Source: Isurus oxyrinchus (taxonomy: Eukaryota). Taken from it: a stretch of DNA of 64,000 nucleotides. Every line of letters begins with the position of its first letter. Positions within the stretch are counted from its first letter, which is position 1. Made by a program: the position numbers and the translations under genes. A model generated the notes under the pieces. That model searched no databases, had not been told where the DNA came from, and was given only the letters and a program-made list of their open reading frames with translations. Where the stretch lies: NCBI GenBank assembly GCA_026770705.1, contig JANJGN010000153.1, positions 1,116,001-1,180,000 on the forward strand, in the 5' to 3' direction. Positions 12,962 to 26,095 of this stretch are shown in pieces.

Positions 12962-15306
12962 TTAAATTTAAAGTTGGTCATCAAACCCGCTGACAAGGGT
13001 GGTGCTGTTGTTGTCTGGCGCACTGACCTCGACCTCGCGGAGGCTGAGCGTCAACTCACAGACACATCCTCCTACCTCTCCCTGGACCATGACCCCACCA
13101 CTGAACATCAAGCCATTGTTTCCAGGACTGTCACTGACCTCAACTCCTCTGGGGATCTCCCTCCCACAGCTTCCAACCTGATAGTCGCCCAACCTCGGAC
13201 AGCCCGCTTCTATCTCCTACCCAAAATCCACAAACGGAACTGCCCTGGTAAACCGATCGTCTCAGCTTGCTCCTGCCCCACAGAACTCATTTCTCGTTAT
13301 CTTGACTCCCTTCTCTCTCCCCTTGTCCAGTCCCTTCCCACCTACATCCATGATTCCTCTGATACTTTACGTCACATCAACAATTTCCAGTTCCCTGGCC
13401 CCAACCGCTTCCTCTTCACCATGGACATCCAATCCCTCTACACCTCCATCCCCCACCAGGATGGTCTGAGGGCCCTTAGCTTCTTCCTCGAACAGAGGCC
13501 CGAACAATTCCCATCCACCACTACTCTCCTCCATCTGGCTGAACTTGTTCTCACGTTGAACAATTTCTCCTTCAACTCCTCTCACTTCCTCCAAATAAAA
13601 GGTGTGGCTATGGGTACCCGCATGGGCCCCAGCTATGCCTGTCTCTTTATGGGGTATGTGGAACATTCCTTGTTGCAGTCCTACTCCGGCCCCCTTCCAC
13701 AACTTTTTCTCTGGTACATCGATGATTACTTCGGTGCCGCTTCATGCTCTCGTCAGGACTTGGAAAAATTTATTAATTTTGCTTCCAATCTCCACCCCTC
13801 CATCATTTTCACGTAGTCCATCTCTGACACTTCCCTTCCCTTCCTTGACCTCTCTGTCTCAACCTCTGGTGATAGATTGTCCACCAATATCCATTACAAA
13901 CCCACCGACTCCCACAGCTACCTCGACTACAGCTCCTCACACCCCGCTTCCTGTAAGGACTCCATCCCATTCTCCCAGTTCCTTCGCCTTTGTCGCATCT
14001 GTTCCGATGATGCTACCTTCAAAAATGGTTCCTCTGACATGTCCTCCTTCTTCCTTAACCGAGGTTTTCCACCGACGGTCGTAGACAGGGCCCTCAACCG
14101 TGTCCGGCCCATCTCCCGCGCATCCACCTTCATGCCTTCTCCTCCCTCCCAGAAACATGATAGGGTCCCCCTTGACCTCACTTATCACCCCACCAGCCTC
14201 TGCATTCAAAGGATCATCCTCCGCCATTTCCGCCCACTCCAGCATGATGCCACCACCAAACACATCTTCCCTTCACCCCCTTATCGGCATTCCGTAGGGA
14301 TCGCTCCCTCCGGGACACCCTGGTCCACTCCTCCATCACCCCCTACTCCTCAACCCCCTCCTATGGCACCACCCCATGCCCACGCAAAAGATGTAACACC
14401 TGCCCCTTCACTTCCTCTCTCCTCACCGTCCAAGGGCCCAAACACTCCTTTCAAGTGAAGCAGCATTTCACTCGCATTTCCCCCAACTTAGTCTACTGCA
14501 TTCGTTGCTCCCAATGTGGTCTCCTCTACATTGGAGAGACCAAACGTAAACTGGGCGACCACTTTGCAGAACACCTGCGGTCTGTCCGCAAGAATGACCC
14601 AAACCTCCCTGTCGCTTGCCATTTTAACACTCCACCCTGCTCTCTTGCCCACATGTCTGTCCTTGGCTTGCTGCATTGTTCCAGTGAAGCCCAACGCAAA
14701 CTGGAGGAACAACACCTCATCTTCCGACGAGGCACCTTACAACCTTCCGGTCTGAATATTGAATTGAACAACTTTAGGTCGTGAGCTCCCTCCCCCATCC
14801 TCACCCCCTTTCTGTTTCCCCCCTTTTTTTCCCCCAATAAATTATTTAGATTTTTCTTTTCCCACCTATTTCCATTATTTTTAAATATTTTAAAATCTTT
14901 TATGTTCCCTCCACCCCCACTAGAGCTGTACCTTGAGTGATCTACCATCCATTCTTAATTAGCACATTCGTTTAGATAATATCACCAACTTTAACTTTAA
15001 CACCTATGTGTTCTATTGTACCATTGTTGCTGACATCTTTTGATGATCTGCTTCTATCACTGCTTGTTTGTCCACACAACCACCTCTCTCCCTCTCTCTA
15101 TCTCTTCGCCTCCCACACACACACCCTAAACCAGCTTATATTTCAACTCTTTCTTGGACTAGAAATCAAGTTCTGTCGAAGGGTCATGAGGACTCGAAAC
15201 GTCAACTCTTTTCTTCTCCGCCGATGCTGCCAGACCTGCTGAGTTTTTCCAGGTAATTCTGTTTTTGTTTTGGATTTCCAGCATCCGCCGTTTTCTTTGT
15301 TTTCAT
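12962..15306 (+). mobile_element. Penelope-like retroelement (Neptune-type), 5'-truncated, disabled
   Basis: RT with IKPADKGG, FYLLPKIHK, GVAMGTRMGP, YIDD; Cys-rich linker CPRKRCNTC; GIY-YIG LVYCIRCSQCGLLYIGETKR. Stop at 13814-13816 and a frameshift near 14280. Absent from the paralogous sites at ~34705 and ~59615. Confidence 0.92.
15169..15207 (+). ncRNA. Minimal type I hammerhead ribozyme motif in the PLE 3' tail (A6U core variant)
   Basis: agtt-CTGTCGA-a-gggtc-atgag-gactc-GAAAC-GTC-aact: stem I agtt/aact, stem II gggtc/gactc, palindromic ACGT stem III, GUC cleavage triplet. PLE-associated minimal hammerheads are established. Confidence 0.7.
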
Positions 15307-16595
15307 GGGTATTTATTAATTCAGGTCCTAAGTATCCTGCTGGAATATATCACATTCACTGTAGCTGCTTAAAAAGGCGGTTCACGTTCACTTTGCTGTA
15401 AGAGCAATGAGAGGTTGTCGATAAATGGTTTTCTTGCTGTGCCCCTCATGCAATGAGCAAATCATTTTTTTAATGATAATTTATTCTGTGATGGCGGGTG
15501 CAAGTTTGTATCTAACGCCAGTGTACATTTGCCATTTTAATTGGCCGTTCTTTTGGCCAACCATTTTCCCGGATGATTAGGCTGGTCAACTAGGAAAGGT
15601 CAAGGCGATTTTGTGTTAGTATCTGAGAAAACCGAATGATCCAGACAGCATGCACAAGGAGGAGGCTGCATCTTCGCTTCAGAGACCCAATAAAGAAAGA
15701 GTAGGTCAAATTATCTGCTCTATGTTCCAAAAAGTATATGGTTGCATTCTACGAACTGTGTTTAAGTAAAGTAAATGAGAATAAACAAGAAGAATATGTG
15801 AAAAGAAGAATAAAATTTTTGTTCACATTCAAAATACATAGGAATACAAAGGAAGATGTTTAAGGTAGGGCCATGAGCGAGTGGATGTTTCATAGCCTGG
15901 AATTGGAGAGGATATCTGTTTGAAGCTTCACTCGTTATTTTGATGAGTGGATTTCAAGTTAATAATTTTCAATCGCCACAGCATCTGTGAATTGTGGTAA
16001 CACCATTTGCTGGCCGTGTGTGTGAAAGGACCAGAAAACGTGAAACACAGACTGTTGTGAATGAGCATGTGGAGAGGTGGCAGCTCCTATGTTCGTGAAT
16101 AATTAAGTTTGAGCTATGCAAGCTTTCAAAGAAATCGTCAGGAAATCCGAAGCCAAGATAGGGAACCGTCTCTAAGTCCTATTGATCTTGCGAATGAGTG
16201 ATAAAATGTACCATGTGACAATTGCGCCAATGCCCGGTCTTTTACAAAGCGCTTGATGGCCAGGCGTTACTTGTTTTAATCGTGTGAGGTATATGGAACT
16301 CTGAGCAGCAGCTCATTGTGCAACAGTCCGATATTTCGATGGTGACAGGTTTCCTGAAACCTGTTCTGAAAACCGCCCAATACATTATTCGACCCAGAAG
16401 AGACATTGAAGAGTATTCGTGATGTTTTTCTAAGTTACGCTTGTTCGAGTTATTGTGATACTTCTGGTGATGTTTGGAGTGTTCTCTTGCTGTTCAGAGC
16501 AACTGTTGCAATGAGCTCTATTGTTACAGAACCGGGCATCACAATTCATCCTCTCAAAGTCTGCAATAATAACACGGGCTGTTCAGTAATTTTCT

Positions 16596-16601
16596 TTTAT
16601 T
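16596..16601 (-). terminator. Candidate polyadenylation signal of gene 1
   Basis: AATAAA ~190 nt after the stop; also present at the homologous position in gene 2 (36002-36007) and pseudogene D (~58320). Confidence 0.4.
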
Positions 16602-16787
16602 ATGTCATCACACCTCATGTTCACCATTGTTTACAGTATACTGTGAAAAGGAGTTCAATTTGACTCCATACTATAAAGCAGTATTTTTAGGCGGGATATA
16701 ATTTTGTCCAGAGTGGCCATAAATTGCTTCAAGTATTTTGCTAATGTTAGTCCCTTCAGGCACAATGTTTATGTCCTCCTGCATATG

Positions 16788-17695
16788 TCAATGTGTTTTC
16801 AGCTGTAATTTGACTAATTTTACGTACCATTCCATAAGGCACAGCATTCCTTTCTTCAGCTCCTCCCTAAACTTAGACTGTGTCAGCACATAAATGAATG
16901 TATTTGTGCAGCAACTGAGGAGCCCAAGCATGAATCCCAATGACTCAAGTTCATTAGTGCCAGAATATGAAATGATTGCTGTACGCAGGGTGATAAAATA
17001 AAATACAACTGGCGTTGCCCAGAGCAATATAAAGCTGCCGGTTATACTGAACAGTAAAATGATGGACTTTCTTCGGCTTTCAATCTCTGGATCGTTGTGT
17101 TGCTCTCCATTGCAGCAACCGCGGAGACCCCTGCGAACTCTACTGGCGGCTAAAATACGTCTCACCGTCAAAATATTTATCAACAAAATTAAAATGAAGG
17201 GAACAAATGGGTTCAAAGTAAGGGTAAACCAATCAAATGCAGCCCATTCAGCATAAATGAAAAATGTCGGTTTTAGGAAGCAACCGCGAGATACATTGCC
17301 AATTATATATGCAGGTTCATACGCAAAATACCAGGGAATGTTTGTCAAAGAACTCAAAACACTCACTACTGATATGACAGCTGCGCCTGTTGTCTCTGTA
17401 CAATATTTTTTTTTCAGCTCCTGACAACATATCGCCACAAAACGATCGAAGGTGAACGCCACTGTTAACCATACAGCGGCTGATGTGAATATATAAATCA
17501 ACGTCTCAGTCAGATGGCACACCGTGCTCATTGTCAAGAATGAATCCGGAAAATAAACACCCAGCATCTCCTTCAGTATGACTTCAGTACAAATAAACAG
17601 GAAATCAGCCACTGCCATGGCCATCATATAGAGTGTAATGCACTTGGAAAGTCCACACTTTCTTCTGGAAAGGATCACAATCGCAACAACATTAG
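16788..17695 (-). CDS. GPR139/GPR142-like orphan class A GPCR, gene 1, coding exon 2 (TM1 end to C-terminus)
   Basis: Open frame with 7TM hallmarks: (A)NVVAIVIL, AMAVADFL (TM2), TVC...FTFDRFVAICC (TM3, DRF), IPWY (TM4), ECL2 Cys, PFILIL (TM5), FILLW (TM6), SCCTNTFIY (TM7), FREEL (helix 8). Acceptor ccctcacttacAG precedes 17695, so the ORF-track N-terminus (MQEKLPC...) is intronic. Confidence 0.93.
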
Positions 17696-19299
17696 CTGTA
17701 AGTGAGGGATAGAGAGAGAAGGAGATAGACGTCACAGATGAACAAGGCAACTTCTCTTGCAATTACAGAAAAGGCTCAAGCATTTTACCCAAACATGCAG
17801 GGCCTGCTTCCCGAGACGAGCATGTACTAAATGTGGATTGGACATAGTACATGTGGACAGGGAATTGTTCATTCCTCTTTTGATAGGAACATCGTCAATT
17901 TAAACTGGGGGCAACTACTTTGCAACAACGATCGAGCATTTGGAGGGAGAATCTGTTCTGGACAATTTTATGGTACAAGAACGGCTGGGAATGTTGAATT
18001 TTAAATATTAAATTGGGTTGTAAAGAGATAATTCATGTGTGAGGATGAAATATAAATTGGGAAATGAAGCTGCAAAATGGGCTAAGTAGAGTTATACTCT
18101 GCAAGAGGTAGTGCTGCAATGTGTGCTGCGTGGTTTATAGATGTGATAAGTTTTTGGAAGGGTTACTGTGCAACAAGCCTGACAGCTCGAAGTTAAAATC
18201 CTGGCCGGCAGCATGGATATACTCTGAAACGATTGGAGTGTAAAGATGGAATAGTAGTTGCACAGGGCCTGTTAGAATGGTCACTGAGCTACAAAGAAAC
18301 ACTCGCATAGACGAGGCCGTATAAAAGTTTACCCAGGAGTCCACACAGATGCCGTTTAATGACCATCAAAACAAGGTGACATATTTATGCAGATTCGTAG
18401 TGAAACGTTGTGGTAACGGATGAGGGCTGATGAGGCAGATGTTTTAAGGCAGACTCAGTAATGAAAGATTAATATGCAGGCTGGGCACTGTGAAGGTATA
18501 ATCAGGTGAATGCAGCACTAATTCATTGCAGACAAAGTGAAGCAAAATTGCTTTGCCGACTGGGTATAGTTGATGCTGATCAAGGCGGCAGTTGAATAGC
18601 CGAATGGGAACAGTGACATTGCTATCAGGTTAAGTGTTCAATATTTATTGGCCATCGGGAAGGCAGAGTAGTTATTGCGCAGTGCAACGCTTCTTTCTGG
18701 TATAATTAGTTTTAAAGTGTAATGAATGGATATCGCAAAATGCAGGTACAATAGGAATCACAGCGATGCAAGACACATTGTTGGTAATGTGTGGTGAGCT
18801 TGCGATTCGAAGATGTGATTCCAATAGTTAAAATCAACTATTTATTCTGAGGAGACAGGAGAACGTTCCCATTGATTGATCGGATGTTGATGGAGGCACT
18901 TAGTTTCCGAGAGGGTATAAGGGAGTCACTTGCGTTTCATTCACAGTAACCATGAGAAATGATTTGAAATGTGAAGCTGAACACCGACCCTCGTAGGACA
19001 CCAAGTGTAAAAGTTCCAGGTCGACATGGACTGTGATAGGCACATCGATTTGAGTAGATAGATTATTTTAGGTCTATTATATGATTAGAAGAGGAAAACA
19101 ACAAAGTGTGTATTACCCGATGATAAAGAGCTAAATCCTAACATATGCATGGTTAAATTAACATACCTTGCAGCTATTTTTATTTCAGATTGGTTTGCAT
19201 CATAACATCCTTGAATTTTAGCATTATTTGGTAAAATATATATTTCTTTTTCAAAATGCAAGAACATTTTTGTTAATTAGCCATGGAATTCAAAGTTGT

Positions 19300-20850
19300 G
19301 TTATCATATTGAAGATTAAATGAAGCATTTCTACTTACTAGTGATTAAATCCAATAATCTTTATAAATCATACGAAATTGACGTGAGCCTCGGATAATCA
19401 TGGCTGCAACAAGGTCTCTTTTGTTCAACTAAACTACTAAAACTCCATTGAATTTTGAAGAGTTTCTCAGTGAATTGCAATGAACCAATTTGTTCCTGCC
19501 ATACATTTAATAACTTAATTAACACGGTTATTTATTTTTAATCTGCATTTCAAAGCAATTTAAATAACTCTAGTCTTAATTAATATGAAACCTAATTGGT
19601 TGGCTTCTGAAATTTTGTTTGTACTTCTGGTACTTATCGTGTCGGATAGGATTTGCTGGCTCTTGCAATGGTGCAGAATAGCTTTTCGGCTGAAATTTCC
19701 GTTCAGACTCAGGATGCCCAGATTAAGGAATGGAAATGCACATTCTCACAATCGAGGTATGAGTGAACAGAGAGTTTACTGAAGTACCAAGTGCTTTCAA
19801 GGATTTGCAACCTGAAGCAGACTGAATGTGTAGTTTTTGCAAACTTGTATTTCGGAAAACATCAATGCAATGGAGCAATGTCTATAAAAGGGGTGGTGAA
19901 ATATCATTTTGGATCATAATTCCTGAAGATGTTGAGTAATTATTTGCATGAACTTTGAAAAAAGTAAGTTGTATTAGTCGGATAAAGTCAAACAGAATTT
20001 CCCATTCCTGTATCTGCTTGTAAGTTGCCAAGCTCTGACCACACAAAAATAATCTTTATAAGGTGACAAACACAGGCCAGTTGGCAGCTGCTGCCTCCCA
20101 TTCACAACGTTCTAATTCGAATGTAAGCGTCAAACTTTGATTGACTTGATGGGAACTGTCGGAGATAATCACAAACAGCCTTGAAAACGCTAGGTAATGT
20201 ATATAAGTTGAAGGTGGATTTTCTTTTGATCACATAGGCTGCACTAGAAAGCGAGGGAAACATTAGAAAGTCAAAGCGGTTTTGACTTATTTACAGCCCA
20301 AAAGAAACGTCAAAAATAAAGTTTCCCTTCATTAACCCTATACCTATTATTCCCTGAGCAAATCTAGTATTTATTTCACTACAATGTCATTAATTTTCAC
20401 TGAGAGTCCTAATTATCAATTCGCTTTATTGAGCTAAACAAAGATATTTAACGAAATTATCAGCACCTGAAGCTGTACTGGCCAGATCTGTAAATAAGGA
20501 AACTATTAAAACAGGAAAAAGAGAGTAATGTACGTAATTATATAATGAAGCCGCCAATGTTTGAGCAAATTAATTTTCAAAACTACTATCCAATACATTA
20601 TCAAGTTTCCAGAAATTTCCTCCAAATTAACCATTGAAATGCTCCACGAATGAACCACGCAATCCTCTACCGAATTTAATAGTGAACTATAGAAACCATT
20701 ATTCAGTATTTTATCTTTCAAATTAAATATACAAATATCAAGTATATTATCCATATAAACGCCTGATAAATTAAGTGGAGAAGTGAACATGTATATATGC
20801 TGAGGAATTGCTCTCTGCAAAAGCAATCTGCTTCTCACCTGTTACTGATT
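19300..20850 (+). mobile_element. Probable decayed hAT-type DNA transposon (copy ~38700-39950)
   Basis: AT-rich, with plus-strand remnants GAD...FGK...NVYK and QRWLTRLLALEPVLDR (39076-39429 and ~39550) resembling hAT transposase motifs; many stops. Confidence 0.3.
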
Positions 20851-22479
20851 TGCTGTTTGTGAAAAGAAACATAGAACAGGTTCAGTGCACTTTGATTAAT
20901 TTGCCTCTTGGTGTCGTTCCCGTAAATATTCCAGTCTGATGAACGACAGAGCGATGGAGATTCTGCCACTTTCCTAACTCCGTATCAGTTCAAGAGTCAT
21001 GTTTGCTTCGTAATGTCAGCACAAAATAACAATTTTCTGTGGCATCGTTTGTATGTAAAGCAGATTCTGAAGCTCCAATTCATTTCAGGGACGTTATGTA
21101 ACACAGAGTGAGATCCACTGAACAGTGTTTTTTGGTTATGACACATTGCTGCAGACTAGGTAGCAACAGTTACTGTAGAAATGCAGGAGAAGTTCCCCCG
21201 CTGCAGGTTAAAAACGCGAAAAGTGACTTAGGTACCTAAAGGAACATTACATTAAGTAGGCATCAGACTGGATTTTACATTTTGCGGAAACGTGAGATTG
21301 GCGAAATGCAAAATGAGTGGTCTGCTCCATCTTGTCCCACTCCCCCTCCCTTAGACGGCCTCTACCTCCTCAACTCATCCAATTCCGCGGAAGAGGCAAT
21401 GAGTGATGCAAAATGGTGTCCAAATCCAGTCGGCAGTGAATGCCTGGACCTCATGCGGCAGACTGTAATGCTATGAACAGAGAGTCGGTCTGGCTACAAG
21501 CTCAAGACAACCTACTCTCAGAATTTTTTTCGAAAAATATTTTTCATTGAAAGCCCAGGCAAGAAACAAAAAAGTGAGATAAAAACCATGAAGATGCTGC
21601 CATCCTCCCCAGCACAATCTGCTGTTTTATTCGATGATGCTGCTGGAGGCAGGAGTTCCTTTCCGACAATTTGCCGTCTCACAGTAGCTGCACTAAACAA
21701 ATTACTTTTCTCGCCTGAGCCACAGCAAATGCAATGCACCAAACAGGAGAACATACGATTGGTTCACTCACAAGCTCAATACCCTGTTAATTAGTAACCT
21801 GAGAAAGGTGGGCCCGCCCGTTCTCCATCTGTAAATGGGGAGAATTAAGAACGCAAAATCATTTTACCCGCTGCATGTAATTTATCTACGTTGGAACTTT
21901 AACTATTTTGAGGCGGGTGGGTGATGCGGTGGAGGGGGTTGTGGTGGCCGGGTGGGTGCGAGTGGTGATAGGAAGTGTGAGGGTGAGGGTTTGGCGTGCG
22001 ATTTGGTGATGAAAATTACAGCCAATCGTTTTGGCTGCAGATGTAGGCATTCAGACGTGAAATGATGACACATGTCCTCAGTTGATAAGCGGATTATTGC
22101 AAAGGATTTGAATTAAAACATGCACGTTATAGTTCACCTTAGTTTACTATCACAAAGTAAACACACAGGGACGTCCTTTCATTATCAAATGACAAAAAAA
22201 AAACATCCATAGATTCGGCATTATGCAGCACTTTCTTTTCGTGGGAATCATTGGCAACATTAGTATTTTTTTCCGATATCACATATTCTTCTTCTTGCTG
22301 TCCATGTGATGCGGGTGCACAAACAGTGTTTCGAGCGATGTGTTTACAGGAATTTGATTCACTGGCAGTCAGGGAATGCTGATGTATCTCCAAGTAAGGA
22401 TATGGTGTGACTTGGAAATGATTTTGCAATAATAGTATTCCCAGGCCACTTCTGCTCTTGCCGTTCCAGGCCTCCGATG

Positions 22480-24200
22480 TGAAGTGCTCGAACGGATGCC
22501 TTTTGCTCACATCTGTCATATATCAGGAGCAGCAGCAATCATACCTAACAACACGGCTTTGACCTGGTGAATTACAAGACAGGACACCTTGCATGCAAAG
22601 CAGCGGATGCAGCATGCAATTGACAGGTCTAATTAATCCCACCAGAAAATAACGTTAACTTAGCTCTGAAGTTCTGCTCATGTCATCTTCAATGTTGTTG
22701 GAAAATTCAATGACTCAATGGTGGCGGACAACACCAATAAACACATGGGCAATGATTGTGGAGCACAGCATATCAGTGCATATACATGGTTGAAGAACTT
22801 GCCACCATATTCAGACTGACGTGACTGGTGGATGCATCATCCCGGCCCCCTTCTGTGGATGAGAGCAACACAGAAGCCAGTTTTGAGCCAATGTGGTTCA
22901 CAACACTTGAGGTGAAGGAATGACTGAAGGAACTGCATGATGAAGAGACTATGGGTGCTGTCGGATACCAGCAATTGTACGGGAGATTAGTGCTCCTGAA
23001 TAAACCTTCCTAGAGAACCTGGTATAGTACAGCTAAAACACTGGCATGCACGTGAAAATGTGAGCAGTTGCATAGCTGGGCCTATCCACAAAAACAAAAC
23101 AGGTCAAATTCAAACAATCAAATTACCACCAAATGTGCCTAATGATCATCATGAACAAAGTGATGGAATGCGTCATGGGCATTGCTTTCAATCGCCACGT
23201 ATTCGGAAGTAACCTGCTCACTGGTGACCATTTTTTGCTTCATACGAGCTCCAGCTCTCGGTTCGGCCTTAAACCAAACATGGCCAAAAGTGCTGAATTC
23301 ATGAGGTGATTGGAGAGCGGCTCCTGTTTACATGAAGACAACAATTCACATAATGTTTTGTCAAGGAGATATATCAGGATTGGGGTCAATAAAAATAATG
23401 GGGGACCTACACATTGATTGCAGCCATACGTATCACAAAAGAAGGTTTATATTTTAAAAACAAAAAACTGCGGATGTTGGAAATACAAAACAAAAACATA
23501 ATTAGCTGGAAAAACTCAGCGCATCTGTCAGCATCGGCGGAGAAGAGAAGAGTTGACGTTTCGAGATTTATATTTTGTTTTGTTTTGAAGGTGAATCAAC
23601 TCATTCCGATGACATCACTGCACGAGATCCTATGGGCAATATCCTGAGCCAAACCAACCTGAGCTGCTTCATTAATTGACTTCTCTGCATCATATTCCCA
23701 GAGGAAGGTTTGCGGTGGGGGGCAGGGGTTGGGGTAGTGTCCGCTGACGATTGTTCAAAGTTCAACAACATTCGCAACTTAAAAGATACTGAAGGAATCT
23801 TGCCCGTGTGCATCACGTCCTGGGCAATATCCAGGCTTCTGATGAAAACTGACAAGTCATGTTAGCACCACACAACTGACAGGCATATATCACCTACAAA
23901 AACAGAGTATCCAACCAATTCTCCTAGACATTTAATGGTATTTCCATCGTTTAATTCCCGATTTTTACATCGATGGAAAAACCATCGTCTCGAAACTGTG
24001 AAAGGAAGGGCAGGTCGGAAGCTGACAATTCTGTCACGAGGACATCACCCCCTAAATATCCAAAACCTTCCCTCCATCTACAATGCACAATTCAGGAATG
24101 TAGTGGAAAACACAACAGTTTTCTGCATGAGTTCCGCTTCAATAACATTCAACAATATTGACCTAATCCAGGGCAAAGCCGGCTGCTTGATTGGCAACCA
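22480..24200 (+). mobile_element. Decayed CR1/L2-group LINE ORF2 in gene 1 intron (copies ~41620-43190, inverted ~55600-57200)
   Basis: Remnants of SRPP...TEASFEP.WFT..EVKE*LKEL, IPAIV, NYHQMCL, SADD. Confidence 0.65.
23456..23566 (-). mobile_element. Short PLE 3'-tail insertion with 10-bp TSD
   Basis: Reverse complement of the PLE tail (~15193-15305), flanked by tttatatttt at 23446-23455 and 23567-23576. Absent at the paralogous site ~42560. Confidence 0.85.
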
Positions 24201-24529
24201 GTCCTTAGCTTTAATGATTCAAGCTGTTTATATTTACCGAATAGTTATTCTTACTGATTTTAAAATCATATCAATCATCAACCAATAACTTAGCAAAATA
24301 ACTTCATCAAAAATGGCTTTTTAGGCTTCGCACAATTGCAATCTTGCTTTCCTAAATACCATTTTGCCACGCCCCTCCGTTCACTGTGCTCCATTTTCCA
24401 GAGCATTAAGAGCACATGGTACTTATGTGAAACCTCCTGGCACTATGTAACACATGGGCAATAAATATTCGTTTATGTTGACCACCTCCCCTTCCCCTAA
24501 GATCATGACTGAATGAGCATCCATGGACG

Positions 24530-24830
24530 AATCATAGAATCACAGAATCATAGTGCGGAAGAGTCTCTTTGGCCCAATGAGTCTTCACCGACAAGTGAGA
24601 AACACCTGAAATACATACGTAATAACATTGACAAGCACTTGGACCATAGCCATGAATGTTACGACAAGCCAAGTGCTTATACCGGCACTTTTTAAAGGAT
24701 GTGAGGCAACGCGCCTCCAACATCCTCCCAGGCAGCGCATTCCAGACAGTCACCTCTCCCTGGGTAAAAATGCTTTTTCTCAAATTCCTCCTAAACCTCT
24801 TGCTCCTCACATTTAACTTATGCACGCTTG
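24530..24830 (-). mobile_element. CR1 LINE 3' end (copy ~43515-43810)
   Basis: RFRRNLRKSIFTQGEVTVWNALPGRMLEARCLTSFKK, followed by ttctatgattc tail repeats. Confidence 0.75.
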
Positions 24831-25439
24831 TGGGGCAAAAAACACAGTTTTAGGGAGTGGCCAGAAACAAAAACTATTGTACGCAGAGGACGTCAATGTC
24901 TATGACCAAGACAGGATCGGTAGCACCACTAATGGCCGATCAGGCTGATTCCGACAGATAACTGCTAGACTGGCTCTTTTGCAGGTGATCAGGGAACCAA
25001 CAAGGTGCAAAGCCCGAAATGAACTAGCCTCGCCAACCTTCAAGCAGCATATGCACCTGCCCATTACAGGATTGATAGGATAGAACACCTCACGTTCCTT
25101 GTGCAGACTTAGACGGCCTTCACGTTGGAATGTTCCTCCATGGTATAGTGTGACACTACCGTTGTGCGATACGGGTAGATTTCAAGCAGATCAGCAACAC
25201 CAATGTGGGCATTCACCAGACACTTTGGGCCATCAGCTGGAGCAGGGATGTGCACAACCATAATTTGGAATTCCAAGCCCAACCTATCTCCAACTCCTCA
25301 ATTTCCATGCGGAATTATTATGGTGATGGTTGTGGTGCTGGACAAGAATTCCAATTTCTCCTTTTGGTGTTCGCTGTTGTCACTGTGCGACAGAGAATTA
25401 ACCAGAGAATTCCTTGGATTACTGGGAATTAGCTGCGAT

Positions 25440-25885
25440 TTTCCAATGTGGAGACATTGACGAGGCTGACTCTCTGCTCTCTGGAGCTTTGCCAAATGAG
25501 AATTGATCTCACTGAAACATACACCATTCTTACAGTGTTCGATGTTATCTATGATGGAGGGATGTTTCGCTGGCGGGTCTGTCTAATATCATGAAAAACA
25601 ATTTCAAAATAACAGATGTGCATTTACTGCAGATATTCCTTCACTCAGAGAGCAGCGAATGTTTGAAATTATCTCCCGCAACAGCGGCAGAGGCTCAGTC
25701 ATTGGGTACGTTGAAGGCAGTGCGATGAACCAATTTCTAAATATTAACTGGGCCCAGAGATATGAGATAGTACAAGGGAATGACATGAAGGCATGATTAC
25801 AGCCATAATATAGTTCAATAGTGGAGCAAGCGCGAGCGGCCACCTTTCTAACTTCTGCTCCCATTGCCTATGAATCTATGTCCTT
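25440..25885 (+). mobile_element. CR1 LINE 3' end (copy ~44435-44890)
   Basis: SLEL.QMRIDLTETYTILT, FTQRAANV*NYLPQ. Confidence 0.65.
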
Positions 25886-26095
25886 TTGTCACTTAGCAAT
25901 GCGAGATTCACAAAGAGACAGGGGAGTCCGAAAATCGTTTAAACCAATTCAATTCAATTCTCCCTGTAAATCAGTTAGATTTGGAAGTTTCATCTAGACC
26001 AGCAGGTAGTGGAGGGCGAGAAACTAAATGGGGCAGAATAATAAGAACCAGAAACTATTCGGGGTTCGTAGGTGTTTCAAAATCAGACCACTTAT

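Noticed and set aside
17696-17762. ORF-track N-termini MQEKLPC... and MFICDFY... (37100-37148)
   Set aside because: These are intronic polypyrimidine tracts before the acceptor; the real exon 1 was found upstream.
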